From: an uncultured Desulfatiglans sp.
GTDB lineage: Bacteria; Desulfobacterota; DSM-4660; Desulfatiglandales; HGW-15
NCBI GenBank assembly: GCA_964499695.1
Contig: CAZCMD010000007.1
Coordinates: 1-59,771 of the forward strand
DNA length: 59,771 bases
Reading direction: 5' to 3'
The translations under genes were made by a program, and so were the position numbers. Under the pieces are notes generated by a model. It saw only the letters and a program-made list of their open reading frames with translations, was not told the origin of the DNA and made no database searches. This document shows, one piece after another, positions 37,563-46,067 of the stretch (position 1 is the stretch's first letter; each line of letters opens with the position of its first letter).

Positions 37563-38144
37563 ATGGAACATAAATTGTTTATAGTTTTAGTTATTTTGGT
37601 TATGGGGAATTGTACTTCTGATAGGATTGCGTCGGCGGAACAGGGATCAAAAAGCACAGAGTATGTAGGCATATCTCATCATTATGCAGAGGAGGCTAAC
37701 GGACTCTTGAAAAATTCTACTATTGTCGATTATGAAAGTCGACAGTTAAGGATTTATGCAGGAAAATATTTAAAGGATTCATATAGAATGGAATGCGAAA
37801 TTATTTTTGCAAATATCAAAGAACAAGGTGACATAAAGAAAGAAGAAATACTATATGGTATCCAAACTGGAATTTTATACGACATTCTACGTTTTGATAA
37901 ATTTAATCTTTTTACTGGTGTTTTAGCCGGGTTGGGTTATCTAAATCATCCAACAGGTTATGTAGCACTTGGCGAGGAAAGCCCCTTTGGTCTGTTCGAT
38001 GGTAGACTGGGAGTTGAATACATATACAATAAAAAAATATCAGTAAGAGCTCAGGTTGGTGTATGGCATATATCTTCAGCTTTTAATAATGATCAGGGAC
38101 AAAACTACCGGGATTTCAGTGTTCATATTGGCTATCGTTATTGA
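37563..38144 (+). CDS. Small outer-membrane beta-barrel, acyloxyacyl hydrolase (PagL-like lipid A deacylase) candidate
   Basis: Signal peptide. The C-terminal WHISSAFNNDQGQN resembles the H-x-S-N catalytic motif of the PagL family. Ends in aromatic YRY. Confidence 0.42.
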   Translation: MEHKLFIVLVILVMGNCTSDRIASAEQGSKSTEYVGISHHYAEEANGLLKNSTIVDYESRQLRIYAGKYLKDSYRMECEIIFANIKEQGDIKKEEILYGIQTGILYDILRFDKFNLFTGVLAGLGYLNHPTGYVALGEESPFGLFDGRLGVEYIYNKKISVRAQVGVWHISSAFNNDQGQNYRDFSVHIGYRY

Positions 38145-38235
38145 CCAAGAGGTGTTGGATGTAAAGCTCTCTTTTGATTACTAATTTATCTAAGGAGAAA
38201 TAATCTGATAATTATACTTCGTTGAGGTTTAGTAA

Positions 38236-38376
38236 ATGTGCGGCAAACCCACCTTTGAAGAACAAGAACAAAAAATCAAAAATCTTAAAAAACTCCTTAA
38301 AAAACAAGAGGAGGCTGAAATAAAGCTTCTTAAAGATCTAAGCGAGTTAAAACAGACTGAAAAACAGTTTTTATAA
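38236..38376 (+). pseudogene. 46-codon coiled-coil ORF, possible 5' fragment of a sensor gene cut off at the right repeat
   Basis: MCGKPTFEEQEQKSKNLKKLLKKQEEAEIKLL.. runs into the start of the right direct repeat and stops at 38374-38376. Confidence 0.25.
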
Positions 38377-38676
38377 AATACCAAAAGAAGAGATTGCTGG
38401 GGTGTTATCAACGCTTATCAGTTACAAAGGAATCAGGATCAAGGAAAAAAAGGTCGTTCTTCGCAGTCTTGATTTATGGAAAACAAAAAATGTTGAAATT
38501 GTTGACTGTTATCTGATTGCCTGCCTTGAGGGAGATAAACAGAATATCCTGTATAGTTATGACCATGATTTTGACAGGTTTAATATTAATCGTATTGAGC
38601 CTTAATAATAAAACAGGGAGGGTCAAAAATGCTGATGCACAGGTTTCAATATACAAAACTCACCAGGGATCAGATT
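38366..38676. repeat. Right copy of the approximately 311-bp direct repeat
   Basis: See 24448-24758. The identical core is 38405-38676. Confidence 0.88.
38402..38605 (+). pseudogene. 3' fragment of the PIN toxin gene (C-terminal 67 codons only)
   Basis: Residues LSTLISYKG...NRIEP are identical to the C-terminus of the 24286-24687 product. It has no N-terminal PIN acidic residues and no partner antitoxin. Confidence 0.8.
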
Positions 38677-40407
38677 GATGAAGAGTTAGGTGCACTTTTC
38701 GGTGGGCCGGAATGTGTTTCTGAACGTTCTGATATTCTTGCAGGCAAATCAATGAAAATTGTAACTGATAACGGCCCGGTGCTTGAATACACATTTAGAG
38801 ATATCAGCAGGTTATCTCTTATTGAAGATGGTAAAAAGGCGGTTGAATGCGGTTATGGAGCACTGACCCTCAAGCATGTTGTTTTCTTTTCACATATGAT
38901 CCCCGGCACACAGAAGGGTTACAACATTGCTATAGACCTGAAATCCGGCCTTGCCACGGTTATTGAGATATGGTTCTGCGGGTATGAAGATAACAGGGAG
39001 GTACAGAGGGAGATATACTATGGTTATGTTGATACAGGCAAATCTGCTCCTCATGAACGTCACCATATAACAAACAGGATATCAGGCAAGGGTTTTCACT
39101 GGAAAACGGACATGGGCATAGAAACCCTGGAATTCTTCCTTTCAGTTACATACTCCTCTTTTCTGGAGCTGACCCGAAATAATGATGAACTTGTCTATTG
39201 CGCCCCTTCGGATTTTATTCAGGTAGATGAAAATATATTTTTATATGACAGGGTCGAATGTGAATTCTCCGGCATTATGACTATGTATATCCTTGACCTC
39301 TTCACACTCACACAGGCAGGCGTAAGGCTCGGGTTCAATGAAAAAGATGAACTTGAATATTACATGTTCAGGGGAGAGGGAGAGATAACAGGCCAGATAG
39401 CACAGTTCCATGCCTTTGATGATCATGGTAAAGAGATTATTTATGAAATGAAGACACCCCCTGTGCCTAAAGGCAAAGAACCTCCGCCGCCCCCACCAGT
39501 AGTAAAAAAGAAAGGATTCAGGCCTGTGTACCGGCCCTTTAAGGATCTCCCTCCATTAACTGAAAAACGGGTAAATGAAATTGTTAAGCAAAGCCCGCCT
39601 CCGTTTAATGATGCAGGGGTTATGGATTCAGGCACATTAGGTAACAAGATGCCGTTAAGTGATTATCTCGTGGGTAAAGAACTAACTCTCCGCTATGACA
39701 ATAATGGCCCTGTATGGAATTACAGATTTGATGAGATAAAAAAGCTCAAATACCGTCGTGAAGGAGAGGTAAGATGGCATGAAGAGCTTTATGAGGCATT
39801 TGAGCCTGCTGAAAACATGATCGTTTTCGTGAATCCACACAGTGATGTTACCCCGCATGAAAGTGTTTACATCGTATTAGATCTTGCAAATGGTCTTACT
39901 ACATGCGTTTACTCAATGCTTGGTTCTCCTTACATGGCAAATGAGGTGTCACAGGAGGTTTTATTCGGCATCATCGAGATGGAAGGTATCAAAGCTCCCG
40001 GTATGTTAAGGCACCACTTTACAGATGAAATGGTAGGCACTTCACTCACATGGTCATACAGTGATTTCATGTCATCCATCCATGTATACAGCACGCCCTT
40101 CTCATACTCATGGACCATCTTTTATAAAAATGATGTGCCCGGCATGATGTGGAGTTCCCCATGCAAATATGTAAAACTGAGGGAAGACACATACCTTTTT
40201 ACATGGATAGAAGAGGCATGCAATGGCAGCCAGGGGACGATCGTTTTTAACAAAAGAACCATGCATGATTGCGGATGCTTCTATGGCGTGAATGAGATTG
40301 GCAAAACGCCACCCAGCGGTTTAACACTGGGCACCTTCGGTGCACTGGCACGTAATGCAGGATATTATGATATTAAGAAATATCTGGGGGCGAAGGTGAA
40401 GAGATGA
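38629..40407 (+). CDS. Tandem-duplicated MoaF-like (calycin / phenolic-acid-decarboxylase-like fold) protein with a proline-rich linker
   Basis: There are two internally homologous halves. GKSMKIVTDNGPVLEYTFRD and HHITNRISGKGFHW in the first correspond to GKELTLRYDNNGPVWNYRFDE and HHFTDEMVGTSLTW in the second. They are joined by KTPPVPKGKEPPPPPPVVKKK...SPPPF. The family assignment is from memory of MoaF N/C domains. Confidence 0.5.
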   Translation: MLMHRFQYTKLTRDQIDEELGALFGGPECVSERSDILAGKSMKIVTDNGPVLEYTFRDISRLSLIEDGKKAVECGYGALTLKHVVFFSHMIPGTQKGYNIAIDLKSGLATVIEIWFCGYEDNREVQREIYYGYVDTGKSAPHERHHITNRISGKGFHWKTDMGIETLEFFLSVTYSSFLELTRNNDELVYCAPSDFIQVDENIFLYDRVECEFSGIMTMYILDLFTLTQAGVRLGFNEKDELEYYMFRGEGEITGQIAQFHAFDDHGKEIIYEMKTPPVPKGKEPPPPPPVVKKKGFRPVYRPFKDLPPLTEKRVNEIVKQSPPPFNDAGVMDSGTLGNKMPLSDYLVGKELTLRYDNNGPVWNYRFDEIKKLKYRREGEVRWHEELYEAFEPAENMIVFVNPHSDVTPHESVYIVLDLANGLTTCVYSMLGSPYMANEVSQEVLFGIIEMEGIKAPGMLRHHFTDEMVGTSLTWSYSDFMSSIHVYSTPFSYSWTIFYKNDVPGMMWSSPCKYVKLREDTYLFTWIEEACNGSQGTIVFNKRTMHDCGCFYGVNEIGKTPPSGLTLGTFGALARNAGYYDIKKYLGAKVKR

Positions 40408-40412
40408 AGAAA

Positions 40413-40453
40413 GGGTTCAAGGATTCAAGGGTTCTAGGGGTCAAAGGTCGAGT
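40413..40453. repeat. GGTTCNAGG-type intergenic repeat
   Basis: GGGTTCAAGGATTCAAGGGTTCTAGGGGTCAAAGGTCGAGTG. Related copies in inverse orientation lie at 41470-41497 and 44466-44499. Confidence 0.6.
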
Positions 40454-40692
40454 GATTACAGAGGGAAAGGGTATTTTTCATCCTGGTATCTCAAATTGTT
40501 ACATGCCACATCTTTCACATAACGAGGTAAATACAATGAAAGCAATATTTTATTAATTGTATGTATTTTTATTCCTGGTTGTACAAATAATTTAAAGTAT
40601 AGCGAACAATGGGGCACAATTAATACCGGCAATGAAATGTAGAGTGTTAAAGCAAATAACAAGTGGTAAGCCTGGCGTTTAGGATAAGGATA

Positions 40693-41370
40693 ATGAGCAC
40701 TGAAAGAGATACAATCATTGATTACTATTCACATCGAGCAACTGAATATGAACGCATCTATGACAAAGCGGAGCGTCAGGATGATTTGAATACTCTGAAG
40801 GATTTTCTGAGCAATGCATTTTTACATGAGCAGGTACTTGAAGTCGTATGTGGCACCGGGTACTGGACCCAATGCATAGCTAAATCAGCAACAGCCATCC
40901 TTGCTACGGATTTCAATTTGAATGTGATTGAGCTCGCGAGTCAAAAGAATTTCGGCACCTGTAACGTTCAATTTGTCATTGCTGATGCCTATTCACTTCA
41001 TTCCATATCCCGTGATTATACTGCGGGATTTCACGGATTCTGGTGGTCTCATATCCCAAGAGCCAAAATAAACGCCTTTCTTTCGATCTTCCACTCCAAA
41101 CTCACTCCCGGTGCAAAAGTTGTAATGATTGATAATATTTTTGTAAAAGGAAGCAGTACCCCAATCTCAAGACAGGATTCGAATGGCAATACTTATCAAC
41201 TCCGTAGATTGGATGATGGCACTGAACACGAAGTCTTGAAAAATTTTCCGTCAGATTCAGACTTGCATGAGTCTCTTTCTGACTATGCTACCGACATCAG
41301 GATTAGGCGTCTTCATTACTTCTGGATAGCTGAATACAAAACAATTGGGTTACCTCACAACTGGGTTTGA
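40693..41370 (+). CDS. Class I SAM-dependent methyltransferase
   Basis: Motif I VLEVVCGTGYWT. I chose the ATG at 40693 (MSTERD); the ORF-track GTG is at 40663. Confidence 0.72.
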   Translation: MSTERDTIIDYYSHRATEYERIYDKAERQDDLNTLKDFLSNAFLHEQVLEVVCGTGYWTQCIAKSATAILATDFNLNVIELASQKNFGTCNVQFVIADAYSLHSISRDYTAGFHGFWWSHIPRAKINAFLSIFHSKLTPGAKVVMIDNIFVKGSSTPISRQDSNGNTYQLRRLDDGTEHEVLKNFPSDSDLHESLSDYATDIRIRRLHYFWIAEYKTIGLPHNWV

Positions 41371-41469
41371 GGGTTGACCAGACAGGTTGATATTTTTAAT
41401 AACAAGACACAGAATGTCAAGGCAGACATTTTCACAATGGCTGTAAGATAAGAAGTAAAACGGTCTTTC

Positions 41470-41497
41470 CTAGAACCCTCGACCCCTTGGTCCCCAA
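41470..41497. repeat. GGTTCNAGG-type intergenic repeat (inverse orientation)
   Basis: CTAGAACCCTCGACCCCTTGGTCCCCAAC. Its reverse complement resembles 40413-40453. Confidence 0.55.
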
Positions 41498-41501
41498 CAA
41501 T

Positions 41502-42278
41502 TTACTCCAACGCCTTTATAGATCGTAGAATAGCCCTAGAAATTTCTATCCGTTTTGGAACATCTTCATCCTTGTTAATATCAATATTTAGAGCAAAAAA
41601 CACGGCCCCATCAGGGTGCTCCACCCATCCAACATACCAACCATATTTTAAATAGGTACCTGTCTTTGCGCGGAGTATCCAGTATTTTTGTGCTTCAACA
41701 ATCATGATGTCTTTTACAAGTCGCTGATGTTCGATTGAAAAGGGTAACTCATTTCTATATAGCCGCTGTAAAAATGCAATCTGCTCAAATGCTGATATCT
41801 TTAAGCTTTCATTAAGCCAGAAATAATCGACTGGCCCGGAAAAGTCAGCATTCCCGTAATTTATCTTTTTGAGATACGCTTTTTCTGCCTTTTCACCAAT
41901 AGCAGTAGCAAAATTCTGATACACCCATACAACAGAATCACGCATTGATGACCGCAGTGTCTGGTCTTTGTTCCAGAAATCATATGTTCTTTTCTTACCA
42001 TCCCATTTAATCACTTGAAATTCATCATTAACAACACCTGCATCAAGGGCAAATAAGACATGTGGGATTTTAAAGGTTGAAGCCGGTGAATAACGCTTAT
42101 GGGCACGATCCTTTTGATATACCCAATGACCGTTCACACGTTCGTCAATTACAACGATTGTTCCATCAACACCCTGGTCAGTGAAAAAATGTTTCCAGTC
42201 AGGACGTTCCTGAAAATCCTCTGCGATAACCAGAGTTTGAACTATAAAAATAAAGAGCACAGTAAAAATAGATTTCAT
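41502..42278 (-). CDS. Class D (OXA-type) beta-lactamase
   Basis: All class D boxes are present: STFK (PASTFKIP), SxV (DSVVW), YGN (INYGNAD), KTG (AKTGT) and WxxG (GWYVGW). A signal peptide follows the ATG at 42278 (GAAAGG RBS). Confidence 0.85.
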   Translation of the reverse strand: MKSIFTVLFIFIVQTLVIAEDFQERPDWKHFFTDQGVDGTIVVIDERVNGHWVYQKDRAHKRYSPASTFKIPHVLFALDAGVVNDEFQVIKWDGKKRTYDFWNKDQTLRSSMRDSVVWVYQNFATAIGEKAEKAYLKKINYGNADFSGPVDYFWLNESLKISAFEQIAFLQRLYRNELPFSIEHQRLVKDIMIVEAQKYWILRAKTGTYLKYGWYVGWVEHPDGAVFFALNIDINKDEDVPKRIEISRAILRSIKALE

Positions 42279-42370
42279 TTTAAAACCTTTCTTGAAAACA
42301 AATAGAATTTTTACTACCAAACTGTGTCACAATGTTATTCCTATTTAATTTTATAAAAGTTTTTTCGTAG

Positions 42371-42421
42371 GGTGGTGTTTCATACACCACCAAGTAGAGA
42401 CAAGGCATGCCTTGTCTCTAC
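42371..42421. repeat. Two adjacent REP-like hairpins, the second of the GTAGAGAC family
   Basis: GGTGGTGT-TTCAT-ACACCACC (42371-42391) and the 28-nt perfect palindrome GTAGAGACAAGGCATGCCTTGTCTCTAC (42394-42421), followed by AATATAAAAAT. Confidence 0.6.
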
Positions 42422-42488
42422 AATATAAAAATAAAAATTAAGCCAGAAATATCTACCAGAGGCAGGTAAACCTACAGTTAATCCATAA

Positions 42489-43214
42489 TTATTTTTGACC
42501 AATCATGGTCATAAAACCATTTTTAAAATCAGATACCAGTATTTTAAATCCGCTTTGAATAAGCTGTTCCTCGACCCATTCCCTTGATAGTCGCAGCTTT
42601 CTAAAAAAACTTTTAGAGAGATTCCATTTACCATCAATCTTCCTGTAAACAATGTCATGGACTTTAACTGTTTCCGGTTCATACTCAAGAAAACAGGTAA
42701 AAACTGCATTATCATCGCTCCTTACAGGTATAAATCTATCCTGGTCTTTCAGTTCATAGGTCAGGTCACGGAATGTGATGACAAACCTTCCACCCGGTTC
42801 CAGTGCCGCAAAGACCTTTCTAAAAAGTAAATAAACCATATCCTTTGAATCAAGGTGTAGAATAGTATCGGTCATGCATACTATCAGCTCCGGTTTATTA
42901 TTGACGTAACTATCAAACTCAAGCAGATCACCCTGAACAATGGTTATCGGGAGATCTTTTGAATTAACCATGAGTTCATTAAGTAATTTTACGCTCAAGT
43001 CAATTGCAGTAACATGATATCCGGCCTCAGCAAGTGGGATTGTCTGGAACCCGCTTCCTGCACCCAGATCAACAGCCAGGGCCGAACCTTTTGGTGTTAA
43101 TCCATGTTTCTTTATGAAATCTCTGTTACGATTAAGCCCATTCTCAAACCCGCCGTACATCCAGGAATAGACATCGGCCAATACCTCTTCGTAGTGTTGC
43201 TTGACAGTTGCCAT
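42489..43214 (-). CDS. Class I SAM-dependent methyltransferase
   Basis: Motif I VDLGAGSGFQT, 241 aa. Confidence 0.75.
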   Translation of the reverse strand: MATVKQHYEEVLADVYSWMYGGFENGLNRNRDFIKKHGLTPKGSALAVDLGAGSGFQTIPLAEAGYHVTAIDLSVKLLNELMVNSKDLPITIVQGDLLEFDSYVNNKPELIVCMTDTILHLDSKDMVYLLFRKVFAALEPGGRFVITFRDLTYELKDQDRFIPVRSDDNAVFTCFLEYEPETVKVHDIVYRKIDGKWNLSKSFFRKLRLSREWVEEQLIQSGFKILVSDFKNGFMTMIGQK

Positions 43215-43217
43215 AAT

Positions 43218-43838
43218 CTATTTCACCCTGATAAACTTTATTACCTCATCCACAAACTTATTCCCTTCCGAATTGATAAATTTGACCATATTCTCGGAAG
43301 TATCGGTTATCTTTACGTTATCAATTGTTTTTTCCTGAGTTGTTTTTTCTTTATTCCCACTTTCAGTTACAGGGTTTGTTGTTTCTCTGTAGTATATTTC
43401 TCCTTTAAGAATCCCTGATTGTACTGCGGATTTTATTATCTCAGGATCAAATTGATAGAAGGAGAGCGTGTTATCATCAGAAAAGGAATATTTTACAAAT
43501 ATAAATCCTTTATCAGCTTCTGATACACCCTTTTCGATATCTTCATACCTGATATTTAAATAATTATTTGTACCTGTTCTGGATATAAAAAAGGGGATTT
43601 CTACAATATCAAGGCTTCCATCCTCCTTATGCTCAACACTAAGTGCTATCATATAGTTTTCATTCTTTTTTCCGATGTGAAGGTATACCTTATCATTCTC
43701 TTTGGATTCCAGTTTCCATAGACCTTCCATTTTTTTATCCGGTTCAGCCGGAGGGGAAAGAGGATTAACAGAAATCCAGTGAGAGCAGGATGATAGAAAA
43801 ATGACAATTAAGGCAACAATGAAAATATTTTTATACAT
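43218..43838 (-). CDS. Hypothetical lipoprotein
   Basis: Signal peptide with lipobox LSSC. I recognised no family. Confidence 0.55.
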   Translation of the reverse strand: MYKNIFIVALIVIFLSSCSHWISVNPLSPPAEPDKKMEGLWKLESKENDKVYLHIGKKNENYMIALSVEHKEDGSLDIVEIPFFISRTGTNNYLNIRYEDIEKGVSEADKGFIFVKYSFSDDNTLSFYQFDPEIIKSAVQSGILKGEIYYRETTNPVTESGNKEKTTQEKTIDNVKITDTSENMVKFINSEGNKFVDEVIKFIRVK

Positions 43839-43850
43839 TGCAGTCCTCCT

Positions 43851-44357
43851 TTATAGATAAAGTCGATATAGATTATGAGGCATATCATGAAATATTACCT
43901 CTTTCTCAAAAACTAAACCATTCTTTTCTGCTACCCTTATAGATTGAATGTTAACAGAACGAATGAGTGAAATTACTGATGACAAATTTAATTTTGTTTT
44001 TGCATAATCTATACAACCTGATGCTGCTTCAGGGCCATAACCCTGTCCCCAGAACTTGTCAAAAAAACGATATCCGACTTCAACCTCTTTTTGCCCTTCA
44101 ATAACCTGAGAAAAAAGTCCGCAGATGCCAAGTAAGATATCATCGCTTTTTCTAATAACAGCCCAAAAGCAATATCCGTCAGTATTATACCTGATTTGTA
44201 TCTTCTCATAAAAGTCTTCTGCTTCTTTTCCAACAAGCGTTTTGGGGAAATATTTATGAACCTTTGGATTGGAGAGTAGTTTAAAGAGATCTTTCTTGTG
44301 CTCTTCTCCGATTTTTTCTAGTCGCAGCCTTTTGGTTGTCAGGATTATTTCGGACAT
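43851..44357 (-). CDS. GNAT-family N-acetyltransferase (RimJ/RimL-like)
   Basis: 168 aa. The WGQGYGPEAA acetyl-CoA-binding motif (Q/R-x-x-G-x-G/A type) is present. Confidence 0.8.
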   Translation of the reverse strand: MSEIILTTKRLRLEKIGEEHKKDLFKLLSNPKVHKYFPKTLVGKEAEDFYEKIQIRYNTDGYCFWAVIRKSDDILLGICGLFSQVIEGQKEVEVGYRFFDKFWGQGYGPEAASGCIDYAKTKLNLSSVISLIRSVNIQSIRVAEKNGLVFEKEVIFHDMPHNLYRLYL

Positions 44358-44403
44358 AATGTTTATATTACACTCTGATAAAGTATAAAAGATAATATAA
44401 AAA

Positions 44404-44423
44404 GGGCACGCTGCCGCGTGCCC
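44404..44423 (-). terminator. REP-like hairpin acting as terminator after the tannase-family gene
   Basis: The minus strand reads GTAGGGGCACGC-GGCA-GCGTGCCC followed by TTTTTAT. Confidence 0.5.
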
Positions 44424-44465
44424 CTACAAAAGTAAACTATGCAATAAAAATCAGAAAAGGTTTTT

Positions 44466-44499
44466 CACTCGAACCCTGGAACCCTGGAATCCTTGGCCC
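44466..44499. repeat. GGTTCNAGG-type intergenic repeat (inverse orientation)
   Basis: CACTCGAACCCTGGAACCCTGGAATCCTTGGCCCC. Its reverse complement aligns with 40413-40453 (CAAGGATTC.AGGGTTC.AGGG...GAGTG). Confidence 0.6.
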
Positions 44500-46053
44500 C
44501 TATTTTTTCACCCTGCACTCAAAATTTGCAGCATCATCGGTGCTACCTGAGCCCTTGTAAACAGCAACCTTTGGATAGGGGCACAAAGGACGAGTCATCT
44601 GTTTCTGACCAGGCATTGGAGCTGTGCTTGCTAAAATAGTTTCAGGTGCCTTTCCGGTAGTAACCCATGTATCTATTACAGAGAGCATATCAACAACACT
44701 TGGGCCGTTACCGCCTGCACAATGACCCATTCCGGGGATCATGAAGAGCCTTGCGGAATCAGCAACCTTATCCTTATCCAGCTTTTCTGTCATGGTCTTA
44801 TAAAATGTTACTGTATTTGCAGCAGGTATGAGTCCATCTGCCCAGCCGTGTGAAAGCAGAAGTTTTCCACCGCCATTAATAAATTTTGAAAGCCCATCAG
44901 GGGGCACATCCACGATATCAGACGCCGCCTTGTAGGATGCGACAAGGTCTTTATCATAATCAAAGGACTTGAAATCCCAGGCGGGGTTATTGAATACGAC
45001 ATCACGGAAGTATGAGGTTGCACCTGCAAATGGCTCCGGACCACCTGCCAGCATGGCAAGCATCTGTTCGCTTCCAGGAGTAAAACCAGCGAATACCTGT
45101 TCTCCTGTCCTTGGATTTTTTACACCGCCATAAATATCCCTTAGTGCCTCAAGTTGTGGATTGGTCAGACAGCTTTCCTGATCCCCATCCTTGCACTGAA
45201 TGATGCCAGGATCATAACTGCACATCTCAGGCCATGAGACAAGCCCATCCTTTACACCGTCTACTTCATCACATTTATCAGTGTATGCCTTGTTTGAGAC
45301 CATAAGTTGCGCAGGAGTCAGTTTATGTGCATCATCTCTGAGAGATACATAGCCTGACCATAAAGAGCTTATCATAAGGCCCACCATAGGGTTAGCCGGC
45401 GCCATTGATGAGATGCCATTAAAATCTCCAGGATATCTGTAGGCAGCCATGAGTCCCTGTCTTCCGCCTGTGGAGCAACTTACCCAGAATGCCTTATCCT
45501 CCTTTTTACCGTAATAGGCAACCAGCATCTCCTTTGCCTTTACCGTCATCTCATGAACCGCACGATGGCCGAAATCAACAAGCTTTTCTTTATGACCTAT
45601 TGCCCACTTTACATCCATACCCGTGCCCGCATGACCGGTATCTGTTGCTACTGTTGCATACCCTTTGGCGATCGGTTCAGCCATTGCTGAATGGCTTATT
45701 GTTCCTGCCCATACACCATTACCGATGCCTACAAGCTTACCGTTCCATTTTTCTACAGGCATCCATACCTCTATCTTGATATCCGAATCAGTGGTAGGCG
45801 TAAGGGTTGCAGTAACACGGCAGAAGGCCGGGGTATTTTGAAATGGATTCATACCTCCAGGCCCTCCCATCATGAACCCTCCTGCAGGAGGTTTAAACTG
45901 GCCTTTATCAATGATGGTTGCTGTATCTATCTTTCCATCTTTGATTTTAAGATTTATAAGACCTTCGCAGCTGTCAGCTGCTGAAGCGCTGACAGCGGAT
46001 AAAGCCAGACAGACTGATATAAAAAGTATTGCCTGTAATAATTTCTTAATCAT
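44500..46053 (-). CDS. Tannase/feruloyl esterase family secreted hydrolase
   Basis: Signal peptide, WNGK motif, nucleophile elbow SCSTGGRQG, and a C-terminal RPLCPYPKVAVYKGSGSTDDAANFEC typical of the family. Confidence 0.8.
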   Translation of the reverse strand: MIKKLLQAILFISVCLALSAVSASAADSCEGLINLKIKDGKIDTATIIDKGQFKPPAGGFMMGGPGGMNPFQNTPAFCRVTATLTPTTDSDIKIEVWMPVEKWNGKLVGIGNGVWAGTISHSAMAEPIAKGYATVATDTGHAGTGMDVKWAIGHKEKLVDFGHRAVHEMTVKAKEMLVAYYGKKEDKAFWVSCSTGGRQGLMAAYRYPGDFNGISSMAPANPMVGLMISSLWSGYVSLRDDAHKLTPAQLMVSNKAYTDKCDEVDGVKDGLVSWPEMCSYDPGIIQCKDGDQESCLTNPQLEALRDIYGGVKNPRTGEQVFAGFTPGSEQMLAMLAGGPEPFAGATSYFRDVVFNNPAWDFKSFDYDKDLVASYKAASDIVDVPPDGLSKFINGGGKLLLSHGWADGLIPAANTVTFYKTMTEKLDKDKVADSARLFMIPGMGHCAGGNGPSVVDMLSVIDTWVTTGKAPETILASTAPMPGQKQMTRPLCPYPKVAVYKGSGSTDDAANFECRVKK

Positions 46054-46067
46054 ATTCTGCTCCTTTT

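Noticed and set aside
40456-40662. 68-aa minus-strand ORF in the gap after the MoaF-like gene
   Set aside because: It is AT-rich and hydrophobic with low complexity. It has no RBS and lies in a repeat-containing intergenic region.
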